A DNA stretch of 59,933 nucleotides from Candidatus Bathyarchaeia archaeon (GCA_037481775.1 JBBFKZ010000010.1:1-59933); one strand, 5' to 3'. Numbered from the stretch's first letter, positions 37,587 through 48,959 are shown. Made by a program: numbers and translations. Notes: generated from the sequence alone by a model not told the origin.

Positions 37587-37853
37587 CTATTTATTCTGTT
37601 CCCAAACTTCTATCAGGTTTTGAACAGCCTTAGCCTTAGGCGAGGTTTCATTGAACCTGTACATGTGAATTCGCCCATAGATCCTATGCGTCAGTATCCC
37701 CTCTGTCTCCAACAGTTTCAAATGCGCATTAGTTGCAGAATAATTCAGGTTAATACGACGGGCGATGTCAGAAACATTAAGCGCACCCAACTGTGCAACA
37801 AGCTTGATAATTTTCAGCCGTGGTTTCGAAGAAAAAACTTCCTCTATTTCCAT
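37587..37853 (-). CDS. winged-helix (ArsR-like) transcriptional regulator
   Basis: LNVSDIARRINLNYS....HL..LE..GIL wHTH pattern. Confidence 0.8.
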   Translation of the reverse strand: MEIEEVFSSKPRLKIIKLVAQLGALNVSDIARRINLNYSATNAHLKLLETEGILTHRIYGRIHMYRFNETSPKAKAVQNLIEVWEQNK

Positions 37854-37867
37854 GATATTTTCCCTTT

Positions 37868-39076
37868 TTATCTTTTTTCTAAAGTAGCGCTTAATTCTTT
37901 TTCCAGCTCGTAAGCAGAAATAGACGGTAAAGAAACACGTGTTGATCTGCCTCGTGCGCCAGTTGCTGTAACTTCAGTTTTCAATATGCCAAGTGCAGAG
38001 AAAAATTGAACGTACTTCCAGAGTTGAGTGTAACTGCGCGGTTTTTCACCGAATTCCTCGCATACTACCGCATACAGTTGCTCCACCTCTGACAGCGAAG
38101 CATAAGCGTTTTGATTTTCTTTGAAAAACCGGGCAACTCCAAGCAAAAACAGTTTCTCATGAAGCCCCAACGACGCTATCTCGCTTTTTCTAACAGCGGG
38201 AATTATGCTGGAAACTGCTTTTCGAACGCATTCAGGCGTAACTGAGCCAAGATTTTCTGCATCAGCATATTTCCCGGCGCGCCACAAGAGCTCAATAGCA
38301 AAGCGGGCGTTTCCACTTTCAGAAAAGCCCAGCTCAGCTATAAGACTGATTGTGTCTTCTGTAACTGTTAACGGCGCAAAAGCCATGGCAACCCTTTCGT
38401 TCAAGATATCTATAAGCTCGCTTTTTTGGTACTTTTCGAGTCTAATTACGTTGTGCTGCAATGTGCTTCTCGAGCTTGCATCTAGCTTCTCTATCGCTTT
38501 CAAATCACGCAGAATGAAAATAAGCGACATTCTCTGCGGTTCGCCAGATCTTATTTCTTGCAGTCGCGTCAGCTTATAGACGGTTTCTGAACCTTCACGC
38601 TCAATGAGCGCGTCAAATTCATCCAAAGTTAAAATGACGTATGCGTTTTCTTCGTCTAGAACCTGTACCAACGCTTTCAACAATTCTTCTGCGGAATAAC
38701 CGCGCTTCGGAAAAGTCGGGCGGAAAACAGCAAGCGCATGCTGCATTATAAGAAAGAATTTGCCGCGGTATTCGCGACAGTTTACATGTACATAGTGAAA
38801 GTTTAGCCCCCTCTTGTTTGCCTCTGCAGTCATGTCTGCTCCGAAGCGCTGGGCAAGCACCGTTTTTCCCGTGCCAACTTCGCCTGTTATGATAACTCTT
38901 TGCGTCATTTTTCCTGGAGATTGTACCAGAAAATTGAAAAATTCCATCAATAAGCGATGTTCCCTTTCTCTATGTGGCAAGCGGCGTGGAACGTAGTTAA
39001 TGTCAAGCTTTGTCTCGTCTTTGAATACGCTTTGAGGAGGCACCACAGCAGTTAAACCTCGTTTAGTTATATTCAA
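37868..39076 (-). CDS. cdc6: Orc1/Cdc6 replication initiator
   Basis: YVP..LPHRE, Walker A GEVGTGKT, Walker B LTLDEFD, sensor GNARFAIELL, C-terminal wHTH; true start may be ~39043. Confidence 0.93.
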   Translation of the reverse strand: MNITKRGLTAVVPPQSVFKDETKLDINYVPRRLPHREREHRLLMEFFNFLVQSPGKMTQRVIITGEVGTGKTVLAQRFGADMTAEANKRGLNFHYVHVNCREYRGKFFLIMQHALAVFRPTFPKRGYSAEELLKALVQVLDEENAYVILTLDEFDALIEREGSETVYKLTRLQEIRSGEPQRMSLIFILRDLKAIEKLDASSRSTLQHNVIRLEKYQKSELIDILNERVAMAFAPLTVTEDTISLIAELGFSESGNARFAIELLWRAGKYADAENLGSVTPECVRKAVSSIIPAVRKSEIASLGLHEKLFLLGVARFFKENQNAYASLSEVEQLYAVVCEEFGEKPRSYTQLWKYVQFFSALGILKTEVTATGARGRSTRVSLPSISAYELEKELSATLEKR

Positions 39077-39169
39077 ACTGGTTCATTCTTTTCATTTGCT
39101 GCTTAATCATTATTTTTGAAGCAAAAGGCTAATAAATGCATAGTGTAATTCGTATTTGCGATATAAAAA

Positions 39170-39754
39170 ATGATACCAAAATACTTCTTCCTAACGAAGG
39201 GCGTCGGAAAACACAAAGAGCAACTTCAAAGCTTCGAATTAGCGTTAAGAAACGCTGGTATACATCATTGCAATCTCGTCAACGTTTCCAGCATTGTTCC
39301 GCCTGGATGTGAAATGATTTCACGAGAACAAGGCTTGAAAATGGTGCAGCCTGGAGAAATCACTTTTGTGGTCTTAGCCAGAAACGCCACTAATGAACCA
39401 CACAGGTTGGTCGCCGCATCTATTGGTGTGGCTATTCCTTCTGGCAAAAACCAGTACGGTTACCTATCAGAGCATCATTCGTTTGGGCAAACAGACGAGG
39501 TAGCTGGCGATTACGCGGAAGATTTGGCTGCAACAATGCTTGCCACCACGATGGGCATCGCCTTTGATCCTGAAACGGCATGGGATGAAAGAAAAAAGCT
39601 GTTCAAAACCAGCGGGCTAATAATCAAAACAACCAACATAACGCAGTCAGCAACAGGAGACAAAAATGGCTTGTGGACAACCACAGTTGCCGCGGCTGTT
39701 TTTGTGCCAGCGAAAAACCATAAGCTCTTAGAAGGTAAAAAGAAAGCCACTTAA
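39170..39754 (+). CDS. pdaD: pyruvoyl-dependent arginine decarboxylase
   Basis: SFELALR.AGI...NLV.VSSI.PP self-cleavage motif, YGYLSEHH. Confidence 0.93.
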   Translation: MIPKYFFLTKGVGKHKEQLQSFELALRNAGIHHCNLVNVSSIVPPGCEMISREQGLKMVQPGEITFVVLARNATNEPHRLVAASIGVAIPSGKNQYGYLSEHHSFGQTDEVAGDYAEDLAATMLATTMGIAFDPETAWDERKKLFKTSGLIIKTTNITQSATGDKNGLWTTTVAAAVFVPAKNHKLLEGKKKAT

Positions 39755-39961
39755 ATTTTTACGCTTATGCCTTCTTTTTCTTGATTGCTTTCAAGAATTT
39801 TTGGCAGCTTGCCTTTTTGCAGCTACAAAACTCTTAGTGAGCACAGCATTTGCCATAGCATAGCTATTGTATGATTATTCATTCTTTAGGATGCATAGCT
39901 CTATTCCAATACTATTAAATTGGAGAATGAAAATAACGGCTTAGCTAAAGGAGCATATGTA

Positions 39962-40396
39962 ATGAAGTTTACAGGCAGAACCACGACCGCCATCATACCT
40001 TTCAAGTCAAATAAGATTTTGCTTGTCAAACGGCGCACCGTGCCTTTCCGCGGATTCTGGGCTTTACCTGGCGGAAGAGTCGATCAAGGTGAAACTGTTG
40101 AGCAAGCAATAGTACGAGAGGTGAAGGAAGAAACAGGACTTTATGTGGAAATAGTGAATAAAATAGGCGAGTACCATGAGCAGGGAGTGCAGGATAATAT
40201 AGAATATGATTATTACCCAGCATGTTTTCTAGTGAAGGTTGTTGGCGGAGAAATCAAAAGGCAGGAAAGCGAAATTGAAGAAATCAAACTTTTCGATTTA
40301 AATGAACTGCCAGAAGTACTGGCCTTTGAGCATGCCCAAATGATTAGGGATTACCTTGGAATGCGCGAGAAAAACGTGAAAAAACACCCTGCTTAA
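39962..40396 (+). CDS. NUDIX hydrolase
   Basis: Nudix box GG.V..GET.EQA..REV.EETG; LAFEH. Confidence 0.92.
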   Translation: MKFTGRTTTAIIPFKSNKILLVKRRTVPFRGFWALPGGRVDQGETVEQAIVREVKEETGLYVEIVNKIGEYHEQGVQDNIEYDYYPACFLVKVVGGEIKRQESEIEEIKLFDLNELPEVLAFEHAQMIRDYLGMREKNVKKHPA

Positions 40397-40501
40397 GATT
40401 ATGCGGACGCTTGTTCTCCTTTAATTAATTGCCATCATTGACTTTGTTGTTAGTTAAAGGCAAATGATATTAACATTCTCTGCTTACCATAGCTTTGGTG
40501 A

Positions 40502-41191
<690 letters not shown>

Positions 41192-41213
41192 TAATAGTTA
41201 CGTGTGAGAAGCC

Positions 41214-42095
41214 TTGAAAGTTGAAGCTGAATGTGCTTCCTGTTTGCTTGCAAGGGCAACTGTGGAAGTTTATGAAGCCACAACAAACCCTGCATTACGC
41301 TTTAGAGCCATACAGGAAGTTATAAAACTACTAAACAAGGAATTCGGTCCAACAGTTATTCCAGCAGAAATAGGCACAAAACGAGATCGCCTAATAAAAC
41401 GGTTGACAGGGAACAATGATCCCTACAAACGCAGTAAAAAAATGAGCAACGAGAAAGCTTTGAAGCTACTGCCTTATGCAAGAAAGATCGTGGAATCAAG
41501 TTATACACAGCAGGAACGGTTTAAGAAAGCGTGCTTATGCGCCATAGTAGGTAATATAATGGAATTTGACATCCCAGGACACAAGTTTTCCTTCAAAACT
41601 TTAACTAAAAGCTTCAGAGAAGCCGCGAAAGACTTGGTGGTGGATGACATTGACAAGACCTATGAAATCACGAAAAAGGCAAGAAGCGTTCTTTATTTGG
41701 CTGATAATGCTGGTGAAATCGTTTTTGACACGTTGTTGGTTGAACAGCTGAAGAACATGGGCTTAAAAGTGACGTATGTTGTTAAAAGCGGACCAGTTAT
41801 TAACGATGCTACTCTAGAAGATGTGGAATTTTCTGGCATGAATAAAATTGCAGATAATATATTAACTACAGGCACAGACGCGGTTGGACTACTGAAAAAA
41901 GAGGTCTCGCCAGAATTTCTGAAAGTTTATGACGAGGCAGAACTTGTCTTCGCTAAGGGCATGGGTTACGCTGAAACCTTAACTGAATATAAGCTTATGA
42001 AGCCTCATTTGCTTTTATTCAGGACTAAATGTAACCCAGTAGCAAACTATTTCTGTGCACCACGCAATAAGAACATCGCGAAGCTGATGCCATAA
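41214..42095 (+). CDS. ARMT1/DUF89 damage-control phosphatase
   Basis: N-terminal ECxxC, GN..EF, DNAGE.VFD, NDAT, AKGMG..E, KC.PVA. Confidence 0.9.
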   Translation: MKVEAECASCLLARATVEVYEATTNPALRFRAIQEVIKLLNKEFGPTVIPAEIGTKRDRLIKRLTGNNDPYKRSKKMSNEKALKLLPYARKIVESSYTQQERFKKACLCAIVGNIMEFDIPGHKFSFKTLTKSFREAAKDLVVDDIDKTYEITKKARSVLYLADNAGEIVFDTLLVEQLKNMGLKVTYVVKSGPVINDATLEDVEFSGMNKIADNILTTGTDAVGLLKKEVSPEFLKVYDEAELVFAKGMGYAETLTEYKLMKPHLLLFRTKCNPVANYFCAPRNKNIAKLMP

Positions 42096-44156
42096 ATGAA
42101 GTTGCCCGCCATAAGCTTCACCAACAAAGAGCTTGAGCATTTTGATGACGCCATCCAAAGGGAATGGCTTATAACAAATGGGTTAGGCGGCTACGCAGCC
42201 AGCACCGTGTTGGGTTTAAACACAAGAAAATATCATGGCCTCCTTGTGGCTGCGTTACATCCTCCGGGCAACCGCACCGTCTGCCTCGCAAAACTGGATG
42301 AAGAAGTTCAAGCAGGTAACGTTGTGTATCCGTTTGGCGCCAACGAATTTCACGGCAAGATTTTCCCACAAGGTCATCTGTTCTTAAAGGCGTTTTCGGT
42401 TTCCCCTTTTCCAAGCTACACTTATGGCGTGCATTCTATCAAAGTTAAAAAAACGATTTTCATGCCTCAAGAGAAAAACGCTGTGGCAGCGCTTTATAAA
42501 GTGTTAAATGGCAGCGATTCTGATGTTAAATTTAGAATTTTTCCACTTCTCACCTGCAGACATTTTCACTCAGTTATAGATAGATGGAGAACGCCGCTGT
42601 GCTTTAGTCAACAGCAACATGGCAGCGAAGTAAAATTAGCCTTTGACATGCCGAAAGCTGCTATTGCTATCCGTGCTACAACAGGCAGGTTCATTGAAAA
42701 CCCGGCTTGGGTCGAGCGGCTGTACTATCGTGAAGAAGCGAACCGAGGCGAAAGCAGCACAGATGACTGTTATCAGCCAGGATACTTCGAAGTAATAGTA
42801 CCGCGTAATCGTGAAGAAGAATTCGCCATAGTGACGGCGGCAAGCGAAAACAGCCAAGAATGCACTGCAATACTGCACACAGTTGGCAGTACAATAGCTG
42901 ATGTTAAAAGGCAGTTTAAAACGACGATGGCGACCCGTGAGCGCATGTTAGCCGCATTTTATGCTTCTCTCAGTCAAGTACCACCAAGCGACTGGTTAAA
43001 TTGGCTTCTTCTATCTGCAGATACGTTTATTGTTAAAGGCGCCGAGGGGAGGATATCTGTTTTAGCAGGTTATTTCTGGTTTGAAACATGGGGCAGAGAC
43101 ATGTTTATTTCATTACCAGGCCTGCTATTGACGACGGGCAGGTTCGAAGAAGCACGCCGAATTCTTTTACATTTCATGTCATACTGTAAGCGGGGGTTAA
43201 TCCCCAATTACGTTGACGATAAGTCAGGCGAAGCAGCCTACAATACGGTTGACGCAACGTTATGGTATGTTAACGCTGTCTTGCAGTTTTTGAAGTATAC
43301 GGGCGACTTCAAGTCTGTTCAGAAGCAATTATGGGAAGGGCTGAAGACCATTATTTCCTATCATGAACGAGGCACTGACTTTGACATACGCGTGGACAGC
43401 GACGGATTGCTTGTGCATGGGCCGCGACTGACTTGGATGGACGCTGAAGTGGATGGCAAAGCTGTTACGCCGCGGGCCGGAAAAGCCGTGGAAATCCAAG
43501 CTTTATGGTATAACGCTTTAAAAACGATGAAGTTGCTGGCAAGAAAGTTTGAAGAGCCAAGTTTGGCAGAGAAATATGAGGAGATGGCTCAAGTAGCTGA
43601 AAAGAGTTTTAACGAGAAGTTTTGGAACCACAAAAACTCATGCCTATTCGATGTAGTCGAAACGGCCTATGCTGACGCAACACTTAGACCTAATCAGATA
43701 ATCGCGGTGGCTTTAGATTTCACCATGCTTGACCAAGACCGATGCATGAAAGTAGTTGATGCCACACGCCGAGAACTTCTAACACCTTTCGGTTTAAGAA
43801 CACTCACACCAAAAGCGCCAAGCTACAAGGGAATGTACGTGGGGGATAGACAAAGCAGGGATCAAGCGTATCATAACGGTACTGTTTGGCCCTGGCTTTT
43901 GGGGCCATATGTAACGGCGCTTCGTAAAGCGGAAAGCTGCAACACACATGATTTGAAAAATTTTTTAATGCCTTTATTCACTGAGCAGCTTACTCAAGCA
44001 GGACTAGGCACTTTAAGCGAGATTTTTGATGGCGACCCACCGCATCTGCCGCGAGGCTGCATCGCACAGGCATGGAGTATCGCTGAACCTTTGCGTGCTT
44101 ACATAGAAGACGTGCTTTGTGTTAGACCTAAATATGAAGATATGTTGCTGGTCTAA
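42096..44156 (+). CDS. glycogen debranching enzyme / amylo-alpha-1,6-glucosidase (GH133)
   Basis: EWLITNGLGGYA, AGY.WF..WGRD, LTWMDA, RPNQ, YHNGTVWPWL, GC.AQAWS. Confidence 0.93.
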   Translation: MKLPAISFTNKELEHFDDAIQREWLITNGLGGYAASTVLGLNTRKYHGLLVAALHPPGNRTVCLAKLDEEVQAGNVVYPFGANEFHGKIFPQGHLFLKAFSVSPFPSYTYGVHSIKVKKTIFMPQEKNAVAALYKVLNGSDSDVKFRIFPLLTCRHFHSVIDRWRTPLCFSQQQHGSEVKLAFDMPKAAIAIRATTGRFIENPAWVERLYYREEANRGESSTDDCYQPGYFEVIVPRNREEEFAIVTAASENSQECTAILHTVGSTIADVKRQFKTTMATRERMLAAFYASLSQVPPSDWLNWLLLSADTFIVKGAEGRISVLAGYFWFETWGRDMFISLPGLLLTTGRFEEARRILLHFMSYCKRGLIPNYVDDKSGEAAYNTVDATLWYVNAVLQFLKYTGDFKSVQKQLWEGLKTIISYHERGTDFDIRVDSDGLLVHGPRLTWMDAEVDGKAVTPRAGKAVEIQALWYNALKTMKLLARKFEEPSLAEKYEEMAQVAEKSFNEKFWNHKNSCLFDVVETAYADATLRPNQIIAVALDFTMLDQDRCMKVVDATRRELLTPFGLRTLTPKAPSYKGMYVGDRQSRDQAYHNGTVWPWLLGPYVTALRKAESCNTHDLKNFLMPLFTEQLTQAGLGTLSEIFDGDPPHLPRGCIAQAWSIAEPLRAYIEDVLCVRPKYEDMLLV

Positions 44157-45184
44157 ACGGTTATGGCTTTTCTGAGTTCGGCCGCTGTATTTTCAGGCTT
44201 GACGGTGTTTATGTATACTCCAGTGTTTTTTTCGAACCCTGCCCAAATTGCTAGTTTTGGATATACTTCTAGATGCCAATGATAATAGTCTTCTGCGCTT
44301 TGATTGAGTGCAAGATGGAATCCGTAATTGTAGGGCGGATCGTTCACAACGTCTTTTAGCGCTTTTAAGCTTGTTTTCAACGTTTCAGCGAACACGGTGA
44401 TTTCTGTGTCTGTGAGATTAAGGATGTTCATGTCATGCTTCTTAGGGAGTATCCAGAACTCTAGCGGATGCACGCTGGCGTAAGGTGCAATAACCACAAA
44501 GCATGGGTTCTCAAGGATCAACCTCGGGCTTTTTGATTCTTTTTCTATTATGTCACAAAAGGCACATTTTTTATGTTGCTTATAGAAACTTCTGCTTGCT
44601 GTCATCTCTTCTTCAACTATTTTTGGGATAGTGGGTGTGGTTATTATTTGACTATGAGCATGCGAGAGCGAAGCACCTGCCTCTTTACCGTAGTTACGGA
44701 AGATTGAAACATACTTTACGTAGGGTTTTGCCGATAGCTCTCGTAACCTGTCGATGTAGGCATTAATCAGATGTTTTAGTTGCGGTAGCGTAGCATCAGC
44801 TGGATCTTCGTCGTGATTCGGCGATTCAACTAAAACTTCGTGATGCCCAACAGCGTAGCCGAAATTATCGCTTTCCATTATTTGCACTTGCTCCTTTGGC
44901 GGGATAAACGCGGGATATAGATTGGGGATAACGCGAATAAGCCAGTTCTTAGGGCGCATGTCATTGTAATCTTTGCCTTTTTCTATTTCTCCATTTGGCT
45001 GTTTAAGGTAAAGTAAAACAGCCGGCGGCGTCATATGCTCGTTGCCAACGCAGAGGGGACAAACGCTATCTTGCGCTGCGGTGGTTTTTTGTTTGGCGAA
45101 ATCGGTGGGTCTTCTGCTGCGTTCAGTGGCAATCACAACCCAGCGGTCTAACAAATAATCTTTCCTTAACTCATTGTAAACCAT
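44153..45184 (-). CDS. galT: galactose-1-phosphate uridylyltransferase
   Basis: ER..RP, CPLC.GNE, NLYPA, GASL.HAHSQ, HWHLE..P. Confidence 0.9.
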   Translation of the reverse strand: MVYNELRKDYLLDRWVVIATERSRRPTDFAKQKTTAAQDSVCPLCVGNEHMTPPAVLLYLKQPNGEIEKGKDYNDMRPKNWLIRVIPNLYPAFIPPKEQVQIMESDNFGYAVGHHEVLVESPNHDEDPADATLPQLKHLINAYIDRLRELSAKPYVKYVSIFRNYGKEAGASLSHAHSQIITTPTIPKIVEEEMTASRSFYKQHKKCAFCDIIEKESKSPRLILENPCFVVIAPYASVHPLEFWILPKKHDMNILNLTDTEITVFAETLKTSLKALKDVVNDPPYNYGFHLALNQSAEDYYHWHLEVYPKLAIWAGFEKNTGVYINTVKPENTAAELRKAITV

Positions 45185-45800
45185 TAAGGTAAGCACCTAT
45201 CGAATTAAAAGAAATGTGCATGCAGCATTTTAGCGTTTCCGAAAGCACTAAAGTGCTTGACAGATCCTTGAACGGGAAGTGTGAATTTAGAGGCATGTAA
45301 CCAAACTTGGTAGCGGTGTGAAAATGAAGCTAAGATGTTTGGGCGAGTTGACGGCGGTGTTAAGTGAATTCTGGAGGATTTGCCCTTTTCCGCTAGTCAA
45401 CTTCGCCCGATTGGCCCAAACGCATCTTTTTGTCTTTGGAGGTCGTTTGTGAGGGTGGGACACAAATGCCCTTCGGTTTCATTTCTTTTTCTGCATATCT
45501 TTAATAAAATGTTTAGGAAAGCAAAATAAGTAGTTTTAGTCACCCGTATTCGGAATAAAAGCCAGAATAAAATGCTAAATAAGATTTAAAGCCCTTTTTA
45601 TTCACGATAAACGAACAAAAAATAAGGAACACAGAGTTCAAAGAACATGTAAAGGCCAAGTCATTTTAACTTCAATAGGCATGTAAAATGCAGAAACCTG
45701 ATATGTGTCTTTGGCATTTTCGGTTCAGAAAGGCTTAGAACTGTAATAAAAAGTATAAGAAAGGTTCAGGTTTATTTTACGCTTTAGGAGAAAGCTTGCA

Positions 45801-46118
45801 ATGCATCTGGAAGAGATGAAAAAAGAAATTGAGGCTCTCGTTATAGAAAAGGGCTTCTATAATAAACCTGAAGACATCCCCAAAAAGCTCCTTTTCGCTT
45901 TCATCGAACTGGGAGAGGCAAGTGACGCATGGAAAAAAGGCGAAACAGAAGAGAAAATCGCAGAGGAACTCATGGACACCATATTCTACATTTTAGACGC
46001 AAGCCGGTTGGCATGTCCAACAATAAACATGGACGAAATGTTCAAAAAGAAACTCGCCAAAAACCGCAACAGACCATATCAGTACGGTGAGGGCCACAGA
46101 AAATTCGTGAAAGGTTAG
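45801..46118 (+). CDS. MazG-like nucleotide pyrophosphohydrolase
   Basis: ELGEA.DAW.K and EEL.D..FY acidic motifs, KN..R. Confidence 0.8.
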   Translation: MHLEEMKKEIEALVIEKGFYNKPEDIPKKLLFAFIELGEASDAWKKGETEEKIAEELMDTIFYILDASRLACPTINMDEMFKKKLAKNRNRPYQYGEGHRKFVKG

Positions 46119-46219
46119 GCAGTTTTGCCGAAAAGCTTATGCCACCCACATGTATGACACTGGGCTGCCTTCTGTTTTGCATCGACATCTAACTTGCCAC
46201 TGCAGACCGGACATTTCAT
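46115..46219 (-). CDS. 34-aa zinc-finger microprotein
   Basis: not in ORF track; MKCPVCSGKLDVDAKQKAAQCHTCGWHKLFGKTA; AGGAG upstream; stop overlaps the MazG stop. Confidence 0.7.
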   Translation of the reverse strand: MKCPVCSGKLDVDAKQKAAQCHTCGWHKLFGKTA

Positions 46220-46388
46220 GTTTAACTACGTCCTTCTCTCCTTACTGTGATAAAGACGAGTGCGGGTTAATAACGGGTTATTTCGAATTTTGCAATATAA
46301 CCTACCACAAAGCATGATAATAGGGCAATGAGTCGCTGTTCAAGTTTTTATGACAGCTTAGCAAATTATAGACTTGTTGAGACAAAAA

Positions 46389-46838
46389 ATGAGCTTTGAT
46401 TATCCTGCTTTAGTGCGCTTTCGATGTATAAAATGTGGGCTATGTTGCGGCGATACGAAAGAAAAGACACGTCACATACTGCTTTTGAAGGCAGAGGCGG
46501 AGCAAATTGCTAAGGTAACTTTGAAGCCCATTTCGCTGTTTGCTTTTAAAAATAGTGGTAACGCGCCTTACATTTACGAAATGAGAAAAACGAAGGATGG
46601 AAAATGCGTGTTTTTAGAAGGCACCAAGTGTACCATTTACTCTGTGAGACCTTTAATCTGCAGGTTTTATCCTTTTGAACTTAAAGTTGATGACGACGGA
46701 AAGTACACGTTTTTTTACACGTCTGAGTGTTTAGGATTAAACGTGGGTTCCGTGTTGAGTAAGAATTATTTTAGGAAATTGTTTCGCATGGCGTGCCTAA
46801 GAGTTGGTAGCAGCGCGTGTGAACGAAACTTTGCTTAG
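46389..46838 (+). CDS. YkgJ family (CxxCxxCC) Zn/Fe-chelating protein
   Basis: CIKCGLCC, C.FL...KC.IY..RPLICR.YPF. Confidence 0.9.
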   Translation: MSFDYPALVRFRCIKCGLCCGDTKEKTRHILLLKAEAEQIAKVTLKPISLFAFKNSGNAPYIYEMRKTKDGKCVFLEGTKCTIYSVRPLICRFYPFELKVDDDGKYTFFYTSECLGLNVGSVLSKNYFRKLFRMACLRVGSSACERNFA

Positions 46839-47146
46839 TAGGTTGTAACTGGAAAGCCAGTTTGATCTCTGCAAGTAGGATAAACGGTTTTGTGGGTGCT
46901 GCACACTATTGGTCGTGTTTGCTTGTATTTATAGCCACATTCGCATTCGAAGCCTGTGATTTTTCCGTTTTTGAGTGAAATTGGGCGCCATTTGTGACTT
47001 TTGCAGTTGGTGGTTTTTTTGTGGATTTTCCATAGTGTTTTTGCTTCGTCGTGTGTGATTGTTGCGTTTTGTTTGGCTGCTGTTACGTACCATATTAGGT
47101 AGGCTGCGAATGAGATCCATATTGCGGACAGGGCGATTATTATCAT
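46835..47146 (-). CDS. small membrane-anchored protein with Cys/His motif
   Basis: N-terminal TM helix, LWK.H...C, FECECGYKY; start moved to MIIIALS. Confidence 0.65.
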   Translation of the reverse strand: MIIIALSAIWISFAAYLIWYVTAAKQNATITHDEAKTLWKIHKKTTNCKSHKWRPISLKNGKITGFECECGYKYKQTRPIVCSTHKTVYPTCRDQTGFPVTTY

Positions 47147-47275
47147 GTTTTTCACCTTGTGTATTTTTGTTTTACACTTATACAATATGTCTGAATATAG
47201 ACATATTATTGATTTTAGAATATAGCATCTTACGATATAAACTTTACTGTGTATTCCGAGTGTAAAACAACCCAA

Positions 47276-47740
47276 TTAAAGCTGCTGCAGCACATCCGCC
47301 TTTTCCAAAAGGTAACCACAATAATGACACTTCAAAGACAAGGGTTCTTCGTTCTGCACATAGAATTTAGAAGCCGCAGGTTCATTACTATTGCTTATAC
47401 ACGCCGGGTTAGCGCATTTTACTATGCCTTCTATTATTTTTGGCAATTTAACCTCCAACTTCTCCACAACACAATAATCGCGGATAATATTAATGGTGGC
47501 GTGAGGAGCCACCAACGCGATTTTGTTAACTTCAGCGGTGTTAAGCGCTCGCCCCTCAATTTTCACGATGTCCTTCACTTTGAAGCGTTTGCTTGGAACG
47601 TTAATAGCTATGGTCATAACTCTCTTTTCACGGCCGGTTATCCCCAAAATTTTTACAACATCCAACGCGTACCCGCCGCTTATATGATCAATAACAGTAC
47701 CATCCTTAATTTTTGATACACGCAGCTCCTTCTCGATCAT
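47276..47740 (-). CDS. pyrI: aspartate carbamoyltransferase regulatory subunit
   Basis: L.V.KI.DGTVIDHI, KDIVKIE, C.NP.CI and C.YC zinc site. Confidence 0.95.
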   Translation of the reverse strand: MIEKELRVSKIKDGTVIDHISGGYALDVVKILGITGREKRVMTIAINVPSKRFKVKDIVKIEGRALNTAEVNKIALVAPHATINIIRDYCVVEKLEVKLPKIIEGIVKCANPACISNSNEPAASKFYVQNEEPLSLKCHYCGYLLEKADVLQQL

Positions 47741-47929
47741 TTTAAAATTCCCCATTAAGAGCCTATGCCGCAAGTAATAAATAAAAATTTTACATAAGCG
47801 CACTATTTTTCTGCTGCAAACTTAGCGCAAGATGACTTGCACACTTGTTTTAAATCAGAAGCGGATCCAAAGAAAAACTCAAAGAGCCTGATGTTTCGAC
47901 GCGACTGGAAAAGACTAAGTCATGATGTT

Positions 47930-48169
47930 TCAGTGTTTCGTTGAGTCTAAGACTATATAGAGAATGTTGTTTCCGCGTAGCAGTACATTTCCATAGTTTG
48001 TGAGGGGCTGCTCATCTTTGCTTTCAGTTGCTCCTTCCAGAAGAATGTTCATGTGCCCATCACACTTGATCATCTTTCCCTTATATTCACAACCGTTCTT
48101 AAGCACAACTTCAATGTTCCCGTGCAACTGTTTGATGAGGACATTTAGAGGTTTTTTACTTGGTTCCAT
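47930..48169 (-). CDS. Sm-like archaeal protein (SmAP/Lsm)
   Basis: Sm1 V.LK.G.EY.G.M...D.HMN..L, Sm2 LLRGNNI. Confidence 0.93.
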   Translation of the reverse strand: MEPSKKPLNVLIKQLHGNIEVVLKNGCEYKGKMIKCDGHMNILLEGATESKDEQPLTNYGNVLLRGNNILYIVLDSTKH

Positions 48170-48383
48170 TATAGCACCATGTTTTATTGGCTAATATATG
48201 CATATGCAAAACCCATCATATATAAAAATTTTTATGGAAATAAACAGAATACAGTAGAAAACCATCAAGTAACGAAATAGTTCTATATGACTAAAACTGT
48301 ACCAGCGCCGCTGCACGCAGTTACTTTTACCCCTACTCTTTTCTTGTTTTTTTAGGAAACGCGACTATGGCATCTTTTCTAAA

Positions 48384-48665
48384 ATGTGAAGCAAAACCTA
48401 TGGGAAAAATGGAAGAACAAAAGATGATTTAGCAACTTGGGTTATTACTTCTGATGACGGCTTCGCTACAGCTGGTTGTATAGGATTCTTGGGCACTGGT
48501 TCTGGCGATTTTTGGCTAGTTAGGACGAAAAGTGTGCATCCCGCTCGCGGCGCTGCCACTCGCGCCTTTCTTGATGGTGTTAATCGCGGGCGCTTTTGGT
48601 GTAGCAATACTGCAATTGATGCTTGCTCAGTTTATCTCTCCAGAAAGCATAAATCCAAGTCATGA
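48384..48665 (+). pseudogene. degraded C-terminal fragment of a beta-propeller repeat surface protein
   Basis: M*SKTYG...DD.A.WVITSDDGFATAG..GFLGTGSGDFWLVRT resembles W.KTYGG...V.QTSDGGY..AG...SFG.G..DFWLVK blades; frameshifted TM anchor and basic tail. Confidence 0.6.
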
Positions 48666-48805
48666 AATGCGACAACAGTGCTCAAATTCCCTCTTTTTCT
48701 CGCCATTTTAAGTCAGACACGTAAAAAGATGGTGATCGCGAGTTTATCCGGGTATAACCATTGTTTAAGTTGAAGAATGGCTACTGGCCTTCTGCTACTG
48801 CGCGA

Positions 48806-48857
48806 ATAGCCCCTCTATAGGTTTCTGCATTGAATCGCTAATATGCGCCAAATATGA
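48806..48857 (+). repeat. 52-bp dispersed repeat, copy 2
   Basis: ATAGCCCCTCTATAGGTTTCTGCATTGAATCGCTAATATGCGCCAAATATGA. Confidence 0.9.
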
Positions 48858-48959
48858 CGGCGGCACAGTGCATTGAAAGCAAGGCTCGTTGTAAGTAGCA
48901 AGCATTGTGCAATGATTTCAAAATGTTTTCTATAAGAATAGAAAAGGACTTATACTAAG

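Noticed and set aside
39077-39169. Replication origin next to cdc6
   Set aside because: Gap is only ~90 bp and shows no ORB/G-string repeats
45200-45800. Hidden gene or third copy of the 52-bp repeat in a 600-bp gap
   Set aside because: No coherent ORF found; only a 12-bp reverse match (ATGCAGAAACCT at ~45688), too short to support
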